The notes under the pieces are model-generated. The model ran no database searches. It was not told where the DNA came from and saw only the letters and a list, made by a program, of their open reading frames with translations. From NCBI GenBank assembly GCA_002437665.1, contig DJQW01000001.1, positions 392,727-456,726 on the forward strand: a stretch of DNA of 64,000 bases, given 5' to 3'. The stretch is from Alphaproteobacteria bacterium UBA6376. Lineage in GTDB: Bacteria > Pseudomonadota > Alphaproteobacteria > Rs-D84. A program made the translations under genes and the position numbers. Position 1 is the first letter of the stretch, and each line of letters starts with the position of its first letter. Below are positions 1 to 9,305 of the stretch, piece after piece.

Positions 1-1314
1 CAATACCAGATCTAATTTCAAATGTGCCATGGTATAACTGGACATCATGATTTCAAACCCGTGCATACGTGGCAACAAATCGTTTTCAACGTAATTCGGC
101 CAAATGCCAGCATTATTCTTGAACTTATCATAAATATAGTTCACTGCGGTTGCTAAAAATGTTCCTGTGCCGGTTGCAGGGTCAAGTAATTGAACACGAT
201 GGTACTCTTTGTCTTCTGCTTTTGCGTGTCCTTGTAAATGGACTTTTTTTATGATTTTTGACTTGTCCGCCAATCCATTTGGTAATTCAAAATCCGTTTT
301 CAATATGTCGTCCATCGCACGGACTATGTAATCAACAACCGGTTGTGGGGTATAATAAACACCACGCATTTTACGCAACGTCTTGTCATATTTGCTTAAA
401 AACGTTTCATAGAAATGAACTATAGGATCGGCTGTCTTGGTTTTACGTCCAAAATCTTTCAAAATATCTGCAACATCAGTATAACTAAAAATGCTTGCCA
501 AACTGTCAACAGACCACACAATACGCTCATCAATATCATTTCCAGCAATATAATCAAACATTTTACGCAAAAACGGCACCGTCTTAGGTATCAGGGTGGC
601 GGCTTCCTGGCGGGTGAAATCATGCATAGTTTTGTCGTGCAAACGTGCAACAAACATACCGTACGCAATCGTTTGTGCATAAATGTCTGCAAATTCTTGT
701 TCTGTCATTGTGCGAATAAGAATCTTTCGGAATGATTCCAGCTGTTCATATAATGATTGGTTTTCTGATTGATCCTTTAATGCGCCTTTTATCACGTCTG
801 CAATCAAACGTGCTTTACCGGCCATCAATTCGGCCAATTTCAATGGTGATTTTATAGTTGCGGTTTTGATGACATAAAAATCTTTTATCAAATCAACCAA
901 TGTTTGATACCGTTCTGGTAACGGTGTAATTGTTTTGCCATCAAATTCAGCTATGCGCACTCTGGCGGTTTCTTTGCCTTCTTGATAAAATCTGAATTCC
1001 AAATAATCTGTATATATCAAATTTGGCAATGCATCCAAATAACGACTTTTTTGTTCTATCTCCCTGTCTGACAAATTATCTAACCGATTAATTCCGATAT
1101 CTTTTGCCTCTATAAAACCCAACACCGCATCACTGCGTCGGACCATAAAATCAGGCGCGCCAAACGTTCCACGCGCCGGTTCATTTATTGCGACTATCCC
1201 CGTTTCAATAGATTCAAGCAATCGTTTCAGGGCGGGACGATAAGAATGTTCTTTTGCGACCCCTGTTTTGAATTCTTTATCTATATCAACCAAATATTCA
1301 CAAGCACCATACAT
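1..1314 (-). CDS. Type IIG restriction-modification enzyme, N-terminal part only (PD-(D/E)xK endonuclease + gamma-class N6-adenine methyltransferase); C-terminus lies beyond window start
   Basis: Minus-strand ORF starting at ATG 1312-1314 (AAGGA RBS 8 nt upstream) and running off the window. Translation shows GAPDFMV...GFIEAKD (PD-(D/E)xK nuclease), then YYTPQPVVDYIV and LLDPATGTGTFL (MTase motifs X/I). Not in the ORF track because there is no stop inside the window. Confidence 0.6.
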   Translation of the reverse strand, partial: MYGACEYLVDIDKEFKTGVAKEHSYRPALKRLLESIETGIVAINEPARGTFGAPDFMVRRSDAVLGFIEAKDIGINRLDNLSDREIEQKSRYLDALPNLIYTDYLEFRFYQEGKETARVRIAEFDGKTITPLPERYQTLVDLIKDFYVIKTATIKSPLKLAELMAGKARLIADVIKGALKDQSENQSLYEQLESFRKILIRTMTEQEFADIYAQTIAYGMFVARLHDKTMHDFTRQEAATLIPKTVPFLRKMFDYIAGNDIDERIVWSVDSLASIFSYTDVADILKDFGRKTKTADPIVHFYETFLSKYDKTLRKMRGVYYTPQPVVDYIVRAMDDILKTDFELPNGLADKSKIIKKVHLQGHAKAEDKEYHRVQLLDPATGTGTFLATAVNYIYDKFKNNAGIWPNYVENDLLPRMHGFEIMMSSYTMAHLKLDLVL

Positions 1315-1348
1315 GAGCCAATCCTTGATGGCCCAATCTGTTTTCTTT

Positions 1349-1371
1349 ATACAGGCAATCTAAGGACCATC
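1349..1371. repeat. Left 23-bp inverted repeat (atacaggcaatctaaggaccatc) of putative invertible promoter segment
   Basis: Perfect 23/23 reverse-complement match to 1453-1475; read directly from the sequence. Confidence 0.85.
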
Positions 1372-1400
1372 TTTTTGCCATAACCATCATTTACATGCTG

Positions 1401-1429
1401 ATTCTACCAGATTTTAACCCGTTTTGCAA
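1401..1429 (-). promoter_or_regulatory. Sigma70-like promoter TTGCAA-N17-TAGAAT inside the invertible segment, currently facing the Type IIG gene
   Basis: Minus-strand -35 TTGCAA (1424-1429), 17-nt spacer, -10 TAGAAT (1401-1406). An AAGGA RBS and the ATG of the methyltransferase gene follow about 90 nt downstream. Confidence 0.55.
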
Positions 1430-1452
1430 TAAAGGCATACTCTGGACATTCT

Positions 1453-1475
1453 GATGGTCCTTAGATTGCCTGTAT
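1453..1475. repeat. Right 23-bp inverted repeat; overlaps last 5 codons plus stop of the recombinase gene
   Basis: Reverse complement is identical to 1349-1371. Confidence 0.85.
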
Positions 1476-2054
1476 GTATCGTCCCAATGTTCTCGGACTA
1501 ACATTTAGTGCCATTGCCACGCGTCTTTTTGATATCCCCATTGCCAACATTTGTTTTGCTAATTTACTCTTGCCGTCCATTTTATGATGCTTGTTTTTGC
1601 TTCCCGTCTGTCGTCCAAGTTGCATGCCCGCCAGTTTTCTACGTTGCAATGCTTCTTTGGTCCTTTGCGCAATCATGTCACGTTCTATCTCTGCGGCCAT
1701 ACCGAATGCAAAGGCCAGTACCTTACTTTGAATTGATTCATTCAAGGTATACCCATCCTTTACACTGTAAACCTGCACTCCACGCTTTAATAGAAATTCT
1801 AATATGCGAAACAGCATGAACAGGCGTCGCCCGAAACGTGACAATTCAGAAATGATTACGATGTCCCCAGGGTGGATATTTTGCATCAAAATACCAAGCG
1901 CACGCTTTTCTGGTTCACGCGTGCCGGATATGCCAGAATCTTCTATATATTTATCTATCCGCAACCCAAGCGCCCCCGCCTTGGATTCAATACCCAGTTT
2001 TTGATTCGCACAATCTTGTTTATCCGTTGAAACCCGTATATAGCCATATATCAC
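1461..2054 (-). CDS. Serine recombinase (resolvase/invertase family, Hin/Gin/Tn3-resolvase-like)
   Basis: 197 aa; N-terminal YIRVSTDKQ catalytic-serine motif, resolvase core, C-terminal HTH (ISKRRVAMALNVSPRTLGRYI). Confidence 0.85.
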   Translation of the reverse strand: MIYGYIRVSTDKQDCANQKLGIESKAGALGLRIDKYIEDSGISGTREPEKRALGILMQNIHPGDIVIISELSRFGRRLFMLFRILEFLLKRGVQVYSVKDGYTLNESIQSKVLAFAFGMAAEIERDMIAQRTKEALQRRKLAGMQLGRQTGSKNKHHKMDGKSKLAKQMLAMGISKRRVAMALNVSPRTLGRYIQAI

Positions 2055-2220
2055 AATAAACTCCTTTGGTTCGTTGTTCTATATGTCGTAGATTTCAGTT
2101 TATTCAAGTAAATAAAGATGGTTTAAGAGTGTTCAGTAACAATACTTTTTTTATCCATCGGCACTTGAAAATAGTGGACTTTTTACCTAGTTAATATAAA
2201 ACATACAAGGATTTAGAAAC

Positions 2221-3684
2221 ATGAAAACAGTTTTAGATTTAAATGCAGAAAAGGCAAAAAATTTTTTTCTGGCAGGGGAAAATTATTTTACGGGGGATTT
2301 GCCTCCATATTTTAAGTTTAATGATGTTTTACAAAAGGCAACTGCGATTTTGCAAAACAATGAGTTTAAGCAAATATATCACAGAAAACCCAATGATGTT
2401 CCAGACATCAATTATGATATAATAATCAATAAAAATGGGGAATACGATTGGCGTAAATTGACGATAATAAACCCCATATTGTATGTAAACCTTGTAAATT
2501 GTATATGCAATGCCGATGCATGGGAAAAAATATGTAATAGGTTTAAAGAATTTAGATCAGACAATCGTATTGTGTGTTCAAGTATACCGGTTGTAAAAGG
2601 TATGCGTAGACATCAAAGAGCGCAACAGATTTCAAATTGGTTGACAGAATTTGAACAAGATTCTGTGAAACAATCGTTAATTTTCTCTCATATGGTATGT
2701 ACGGATATAGTAAATTGTTATTCATCTATATATACTCATTCTATAGCTTGGGCGCTACATGGAGAAGACGTAGCAAAAAACAATAAAACAGATATGTCTT
2801 TCTTAGGAAATATTATAGATGTCGGTATAAGAGACCTTTCATATAATCAAACTAATGGGATTCCACAAGGTTCGGTATTGATGGATTTTATTGCAGAAAT
2901 TATATTAGGCTATATAGATACCTTAATAGCAGAAAAATTAAAGCGAGAGAACATAAAAGATTACAAAATATTAAGATATAGAGATGATTATAGAATATTT
3001 ACAAATAATCCAAAAGACAGTGAAATAATATTAAAAACTATAAATGATGTTTGTCAGCATATAGGTCTAAGATTAAACACACAAAAAACATTCGCCACAG
3101 ATAAAGTTATTTCAAAAGCGATAAAAAAAGATCGGTTTGATATACCCATAAGTTTCGTGCAACCAAATTATAAAATATTTTTACAATTGTATAAAATGTC
3201 TGAAGAACAGCAGAATTCAGGAGCATTACAAAGTACGTTATCGGCATTAAATAAAAAAATAAAGATAACAAAAAAAGATAAATCAGAACTATTGATAAGT
3301 ATAATTACAGACATCGCATATAATGTCCCAAAAGTTATACCACAAGCATTTACAACTATTAGCCATATTTTAAGAAAAGAACCCAGAGAAATGCAGTTGG
3401 AATACATTACAAAAATCAAGAACAAGTTCTCTAGAAAAGCCTATACAAGTTTTGTTCATATATGGTTGCAAAGATTGAGTATAAATATTGATTATCAGAT
3501 TGAATACGAACCAGATATTTGCAAGTTTGTTAAAGATAAATCTATCGAATTGTGGAATTTTAGTTGGTTAAAAAAAGAATTTTTAGACCAATTAAAACCA
3601 TATGACATAGTAAATGCATATTTGCTTAGACGTGCAAAATTACCAATTGAAAGCAAAGAAACGAATATTTTTGAATACAATTAG
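2221..3684 (+). CDS. Stand-alone reverse transcriptase of the Abi/UG (defence-associated) class, with a C-terminal alpha-helical extension
   Basis: 487 aa. RT motifs: A (MVCTDIVNCYSSI), B' (NGIPQGSVLMDFIAEIIL), C (ILRYRDDYRIF, YxDD), D (IGLRLNTQKT). No endonuclease, maturase or integrase domain is evident. Confidence 0.7.
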   Translation: MKTVLDLNAEKAKNFFLAGENYFTGDLPPYFKFNDVLQKATAILQNNEFKQIYHRKPNDVPDINYDIIINKNGEYDWRKLTIINPILYVNLVNCICNADAWEKICNRFKEFRSDNRIVCSSIPVVKGMRRHQRAQQISNWLTEFEQDSVKQSLIFSHMVCTDIVNCYSSIYTHSIAWALHGEDVAKNNKTDMSFLGNIIDVGIRDLSYNQTNGIPQGSVLMDFIAEIILGYIDTLIAEKLKRENIKDYKILRYRDDYRIFTNNPKDSEIILKTINDVCQHIGLRLNTQKTFATDKVISKAIKKDRFDIPISFVQPNYKIFLQLYKMSEEQQNSGALQSTLSALNKKIKITKKDKSELLISIITDIAYNVPKVIPQAFTTISHILRKEPREMQLEYITKIKNKFSRKAYTSFVHIWLQRLSINIDYQIEYEPDICKFVKDKSIELWNFSWLKKEFLDQLKPYDIVNAYLLRRAKLPIESKETNIFEYN

Positions 3685-4138
3685 GTTTATTTTTACTCTA
3701 TTTAGGAATATTTTGTTTGGTCGCCCACGAACATTATCCCGAACCATTTGCATAAAAAGGCAAAGCGTGCCTGATATGTTGTTGCGCGAACTTGTTTTGC
3801 TTGTTTCAGCTGATAGACAGCATTTCTTTATAAATTGATTAACGACCGATGAAAATTTGGTAAGCCCAGAATGACTATGTTACTTCAATTAAGTGCTATC
3901 CGCACATCCTTCCATCAGGAACTACCCCTGTCTTAATGCCCTGAAACATTTACAGTTAACAAAAACGTCTAATGCAGAAATTGTCAAATGAGATTTACTC
4001 CCGTCAAAAATGTATCATTTTGTTGTTTCAGATACTCTTTATTAACCTTGTACTGCTCTGGAAATTGCTGAAACTCTCTTTTCATTCGCTCTACCCCTGC
4101 CGAGCAAAGATACGCCGGAGTATTGCGCCCCTTTTTGT

Positions 4139-4692
4139 TCAAAGGTGGAATAGACGGATTAAACAGAGCCTCTTGAACATTAACATTGAACAATTCTTAA
4201 CCACATCATTTGTTAGCTGGATAAAGTAAGGAATACGAACCACTTTGTAGCCAAGCTTCATATATAATTTAGTATTTTTTTCATCCCTTAAAATGATATC
4301 AGGGTTTGTGTAATGGTGTATCCCATCAAACTCAACAATTAACTTTAATGTCTCACTTCGATAATCGGGCCGCTTCATGTATTTGTTTCTGCCTACATTT
4401 CCCAATGATTTATCATGAATCCAATCTTGCACATCAGGAAATATGATAGCCAAATACTCTTCAAACCAGTTCTGTGCAACCCGGTGTCTGCATCAAAACC
4501 CGCAACCTGTTTTTCATTAAGTTTTAGATTAAAAGCATAAGACAAAACGCATTCCCCAATATCGCCAAGCATTCTGCCATCAACAGCAAAAGTTTTATGG
4601 ACTTTTTCATGCATGCCCACTGTAGTGGCATGAAGTTTCAGATACTCTCCTAATATAAAATTGGCTTGCTCTTCTGTTACCGTTAAGCTCAT
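4139..4692 (-). pseudogene. DUF559-type (PD-(D/E)xK-like) endonuclease-domain gene, apparently frameshifted
   Basis: ORF 4139-4453 carries LIVEFDGIHHY...KLGYKVVRIPY (DUF559 signature). Overlapping upstream ORF 4393-4692 is in another frame, with a stop just before the DUF559 frame resumes. A third fragment, 3984-4193, may also belong. Confidence 0.35.
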
Positions 4693-4904
4693 TTTATCAC
4701 ATCTTTTTCAAACTACTGTAACACGCCTCCCAGCATCATACAGAGAAAGAAACACCAGCACAAACAAAAACACCAAATTTGTTAAACACACTTTACAAAA
4801 GTGTTATTTTTGACAATTATGAAAAATAAAATAACATAATGGCCGAATTGACTTTCTACCCCGAAATTGCTACCATTATCCGATGATAATAATGGGGCAA
4901 AAAC

Positions 4905-7391
4905 ATGACGTTTGATAAATTACGTGATGACAACGAGGCATATGCTCGTTTAAAAATAAATCAGAAGTTGATTGACGCGGGCTGGTTTTTAACAGATGCC
5001 CATGAACATAAACGCAATGTGAATGTTGAGCAACGGGTTGATTCTGGCTTTGCTGACTATGAAATGTTAGATTCAAACGGCTTTCCTTTGTGTGTTATTG
5101 AAGCCAAAAAACCATCAATCAACCCATTAAGTGCAAAAGAACAAGCACGCAGATATGCAACAGAACACGGTATTCGCTTTGTTATTTTATCAAACGGTGA
5201 AATTTATTATCTGTGGGACATAAAAACGGGTAATCCACAAATCATAACCCAAATACCAACCCAAGAATCTTTGGAAATGCGCTTTGGTTTTGACCCAAGC
5301 ACCAAAGATATAATGAAAGAAAACATTATTCCGGAATATGTTGCATTACAAAAGAATCCGCGCTTGTTGGATGTGCCTGAATATCAAAACCCAAAGACTC
5401 GTGGCGCTTATTGTTGGAATAATGGTTTACGAATATTGCGTGATTATCAGCTTGGTGCCGTTCATGCAGTGCAGCAAGCTATTGCAGATGGTAAAGATAG
5501 ATTCTTGATTGAAATGGCGACTGGATTGGGCAAAACATTGACGGCTGGTGCAATAATTCAAATGTTATTACGCACCGGACACGCGCATAGGGTTTTATTC
5601 CTTGTTGACCGTATTGAATTGGAACAGCAAGCGTGGAAAAACTTTAATGATTATCTGTGTGATTTTGTAACCGTAATTTATAAAGAAAATACAAAAGATT
5701 GGCATAAAGCGGATATTGTTGTTTCAACCATCCAAACATTGATGGCCAGTGATAAATACAAACATTTTTCACCAACTGATTTTGATTTTATCATATCAGA
5801 CGAAGCGCACCGTTCAATAGGTGGTAACAGCCGCGCAGTATTTGAATATTTTATCGGTTACAAATTGGGATTAACTGCGACACCACGTGATTACATCAAA
5901 AATGTGGATATTGATAAAATCAAGGTTAATGACCCAAAAGCACTTGAACGCAGATTGTTATTGGATACATATAAAACATTTGGTTGTGAAAGCGGTGAAC
6001 CAACATACAAATATACAATGATTGACGGTATTAAAAATGGTTATCTGGTTGCCCCAATGGCTATTGATGCGCGCACAGATATAACCACAGAAATGTTATC
6101 CGAAAAAGGTTATCACGCGATTGGTGTTGACGATAATGGCGAGGATGCAGAAGCCGATGTTGTTGTGAAAGATTTTGAAAAACGCTTTTTCAATGACAAT
6201 ATAAACGCGGTATTTTGCAAAGCGTTCTTGGAAAACGCAGAACGCGACCCAATCAGTGGCGAAATTGGTAAAACATTGGTATTTTGCGTTAGTCAATCAC
6301 ACGCTGCAAAGATTACCCAGATGTTGAATGAATTGGCTATGCAGGCATTCCCAGGCAAATATAATAGTGATTTTGCAGTCCAGGTTACCAGCAATGTTCA
6401 AAATGCACAGCAAATGACAAATCAGTTTATGACGGATAATAATAATCTGGGCGGTAAATCAACATTTTTGGAAGGTTATGATACATCAAAAACGCGTGTA
6501 TGTGTAACCGTTGGAATGATGACGACTGGTTATGATTGCAGCGATTTATTAAACATCGTATTTATGCGTCCGGTATTTTCACCAACTGATTTTGTGCAAA
6601 TGAAGGGGCGCGGAACCCGTAAATATACATTCAAGTATGTTGACGCAGATAAGAATGAAACCAGAAAAGACAAAGAAAGATTCAAGATGTTTGACTTCTT
6701 TGGCAACTGCGAATATTTTGAAGAAAAGTTTGATTACGGTCAGCAATTAAAATTACCTGCATTAACAAAAGGCGCTTTGGCAGGGCCAGGACAACAACGC
6801 ACATTTACAACCTTAACATCCGAAGAGATAACGAAACTGATTCAAATGGAAACGCTTAATATCCCAGACAACGGAATGCGTATAGACCGCGAATTCTGGG
6901 GCAATTTCCAAAAGACAATCAGTGCTGATACAGATATTAAAAATGCGGTTGAAAACAGCGATTGGGATTATGCTGTATCATTGGTTAAAGACAGATACGA
7001 AAATAAACCTGAATTATATCCTAATCTGGAACGGATTAAAAAAGCGACAAAATTGGACCGCCGTTTGTCCTGGCGCGAAATATTGGAACATATATTCGGC
7101 TTGCTGCCCCGATTTAAGACACGCGATGAAATGTTAGAAGATGAATGCGATAAATACATATCTATTGTTAAACCTGACGCTGAAATTGTGCCGTCTGTTA
7201 AAAATTTCATAAAATTGTATGTCACAGACAACACATTTCGTGATATAATAGAAAAGCAGGAGTATCCGCGCCTTAATGCTGAAATTCCTGGCTTTAGTAT
7301 GCAGGATTTGAAAATGATGGGCAAAGACATCCGCGAAAATTTACCTGAATACATCAAAGAAAACATAGTATTGAATAAATATATGGGGTAA
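4905..7391 (+). CDS. hsdR: Type I restriction enzyme R subunit (HsdR)
   Basis: 828 aa. N-terminal nuclease motif (DSGFADY...IEAKKP), SF2 helicase motifs MATGLGKT, DEAH, LTATP, QMKGRGTR. Confidence 0.8.
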   Translation: MTFDKLRDDNEAYARLKINQKLIDAGWFLTDAHEHKRNVNVEQRVDSGFADYEMLDSNGFPLCVIEAKKPSINPLSAKEQARRYATEHGIRFVILSNGEIYYLWDIKTGNPQIITQIPTQESLEMRFGFDPSTKDIMKENIIPEYVALQKNPRLLDVPEYQNPKTRGAYCWNNGLRILRDYQLGAVHAVQQAIADGKDRFLIEMATGLGKTLTAGAIIQMLLRTGHAHRVLFLVDRIELEQQAWKNFNDYLCDFVTVIYKENTKDWHKADIVVSTIQTLMASDKYKHFSPTDFDFIISDEAHRSIGGNSRAVFEYFIGYKLGLTATPRDYIKNVDIDKIKVNDPKALERRLLLDTYKTFGCESGEPTYKYTMIDGIKNGYLVAPMAIDARTDITTEMLSEKGYHAIGVDDNGEDAEADVVVKDFEKRFFNDNINAVFCKAFLENAERDPISGEIGKTLVFCVSQSHAAKITQMLNELAMQAFPGKYNSDFAVQVTSNVQNAQQMTNQFMTDNNNLGGKSTFLEGYDTSKTRVCVTVGMMTTGYDCSDLLNIVFMRPVFSPTDFVQMKGRGTRKYTFKYVDADKNETRKDKERFKMFDFFGNCEYFEEKFDYGQQLKLPALTKGALAGPGQQRTFTTLTSEEITKLIQMETLNIPDNGMRIDREFWGNFQKTISADTDIKNAVENSDWDYAVSLVKDRYENKPELYPNLERIKKATKLDRRLSWREILEHIFGLLPRFKTRDEMLEDECDKYISIVKPDAEIVPSVKNFIKLYVTDNTFRDIIEKQEYPRLNAEIPGFSMQDLKMMGKDIRENLPEYIKENIVLNKYMG

Positions 7392-7395
7392 CGGT

Positions 7396-9288
7396 ATGTT
7401 AGACGCCAGAACAAAACAAACCATTGATAATGCCTGCGATACATTGGTGGGTAAAGTGCCAAGTCCACAGACACAGGTTGATATTATTACAACCGCGCTA
7501 ATTTATAAGTTTATGGACGATATGGATTTGGACGGCCTTGAATTGTCGGGCAAGCGTACATTTTTTGCCGGCGATTTAGAAGCATACGCGTTTTCAACCG
7601 TTGTTAATACCAAGGGTAATCAAGAACGGATGAACCTGTATTTGACAGGGCTTGAAAAGGTGCAGACCGCCAAATCGGTGCCTGAATTATTTCGCCGTAT
7701 TTTCAAAGAAGCACTTATTCCATTTCGCGATCCTACAACATTTGCATTGTTTCTAAAAGAAATCAACGAATTATCATACGATGATTCCGAGACAATAGGT
7801 GATGCTTTTGAATACCTTTTGAATAAAATGGCGACTGCAAAAAATGCGGGGCAGTTCAGAACGCCACGTAATATTATTGATTTCATCGTTGATGTTGTGA
7901 ATCCTACTAAAAATGATACTATTTTAGATCCTGCCTGCGGAACGGCCGGATTCTTGATTTCTGCATACAAGCACATTACACAAAATCGTAAATTGACACC
8001 AGATGAATTAAAACAGATTACGAATAATGTTGTTGGAATGGATATTGATCCAACTATGGTGAAATTAAGTCTGGCCAATCTGTATTTGCATAAATTTGAA
8101 CAACCAAATATTTATGAATATGATACTTTGTCGAATGATACACGTTGGGGTGACCGATATGATGTTATTTTAGCAAACCCACCATTCATGACCCCAAAGG
8201 GCGGAATTACACCGCATAAGCGATTTGCCATAAACGCCAACCGCAGTGAAGTTTTGTTCGTCGATTATTTTATGGAGCATTTGACAATAAACGGGCGTGC
8301 TGGCTTTGTTGTCCCAGAGGGTATTATATTCCAAACCGCAAACGCATATAAAGATTTGCGTAAAATGATGTTGGATGGTTATTTATACGCGGTTGTATCT
8401 TTACCATCTGGCGTATTCAATCCGTATGCTGGGGTAAAAACATCAATACTATTCTTTGACCGCGCGTTTGCAAAACAAAACAACAATATATTATTTGTGC
8501 GTGTTGATAATGACGGCTTTTCTTTGGGCGCACAACGCACACCGATCAAACAGAACGATTTACCAGAAACGTTAAAGATTATCAATGAATACCGCGATGG
8601 TAAAGATGTATCAGGTTATGAACGCGCAATGGTTGTGTCCAAAGAACGCATAGCAGAACAAAATTATGACCTAACCGCTGCAAAGTATGTTGAGAAAGAA
8701 ATTGTTCAATGTAATTATGGAATGGTTAGATTGGGTGATGTTTGTGAATTGTTAAATGGATATGCATTCAAAAGCGAATTGTATACGGATACTGGTATTC
8801 GTGTGATGCGTATAACAAATGTGCAGAAAGGCGAAATTGTTGATGATAACCCAAAATTTTATCCGATAGAAAAACAATCCGAAATACAAAATTACATGTT
8901 ACATGAAAATGACTTGCTTGTATCTTTAACGGGTAATGTTGGGCGTGTTGGTTTGTTGCCAAAGAATTTATTACCTGCAGGATTAAATCAACGGGTTGCA
9001 TGTTTAAGACCGGATACAGATAAAATTTTGAAGGGATATTTGTTTGCTATATTAAATCAGGATAAATTTGAAAAAGATTGTATTGAATCGTCTGGCGGAA
9101 TTGCGCAAAAGAATTTAAGCACAGTATGGTTACAAAATTACACAATCCCACTTCCGTCATTGGATGTGCAACAACAGATTGTGGATGAAATTGAAAATAA
9201 GCAATCAGCAATCAACCACGCACGCAAAATCATTGAAAATCTAGAGAGAGAGAGAGAGAATATTTTGCCTGCCTTCTTGACAGTATAG
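7396..9288 (+). CDS. hsdM: Type I methyltransferase HsdM fused in frame to an HsdS half (target-recognition domain 1 + conserved coiled-coil)
   Basis: 630 aa. N6-MTase motifs (DPACGTAGFL, NPPF). Typical HsdM C-terminus (SKERIAEQNYDLTAAKYV) runs directly into an HsdS-like TRD (VRLGDVCELLNGYAFKS...). Ends just after an (AG)8 tract. Confidence 0.8.
   Translation: MLDARTKQTIDNACDTLVGKVPSPQTQVDIITTALIYKFMDDMDLDGLELSGKRTFFAGDLEAYAFSTVVNTKGNQERMNLYLTGLEKVQTAKSVPELFRRIFKEALIPFRDPTTFALFLKEINELSYDDSETIGDAFEYLLNKMATAKNAGQFRTPRNIIDFIVDVVNPTKNDTILDPACGTAGFLISAYKHITQNRKLTPDELKQITNNVVGMDIDPTMVKLSLANLYLHKFEQPNIYEYDTLSNDTRWGDRYDVILANPPFMTPKGGITPHKRFAINANRSEVLFVDYFMEHLTINGRAGFVVPEGIIFQTANAYKDLRKMMLDGYLYAVVSLPSGVFNPYAGVKTSILFFDRAFAKQNNNILFVRVDNDGFSLGAQRTPIKQNDLPETLKIINEYRDGKDVSGYERAMVVSKERIAEQNYDLTAAKYVEKEIVQCNYGMVRLGDVCELLNGYAFKSELYTDTGIRVMRITNVQKGEIVDDNPKFYPIEKQSEIQNYMLHENDLLVSLTGNVGRVGLLPKNLLPAGLNQRVACLRPDTDKILKGYLFAILNQDKFEKDCIESSGGIAQKNLSTVWLQNYTIPLPSLDVQQQIVDEIENKQSAINHARKIIENLERERENILPAFLTV
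9243..9259. repeat. (AG)8 dinucleotide simple-sequence repeat at the hsdM-S/hsdS' junction
   Basis: agagagagagagagaga read directly. It lies about 30 nt before the stop of the HsdM-S ORF (ends 9288). The downstream half-S frame is open through the tract. Confidence 0.8.
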
Positions 9289-9305
9289 ATTACAACGAAG
9301 TAAAA

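Noticed and set aside
1372-1452. The 23-bp IR pair as a transcription terminator or attC site
   Set aside because: The 81-bp loop is far too long for a terminator. A consensus promoter inside plus an adjacent serine invertase fits an inversion switch better.
9241-9260. The (AG)8 tract as simply encoding an ERERE peptide
   Set aside because: Not fully rejected. But its position exactly at the frame junction of the two hsdS halves makes a slippage switch more parsimonious than coincidence.
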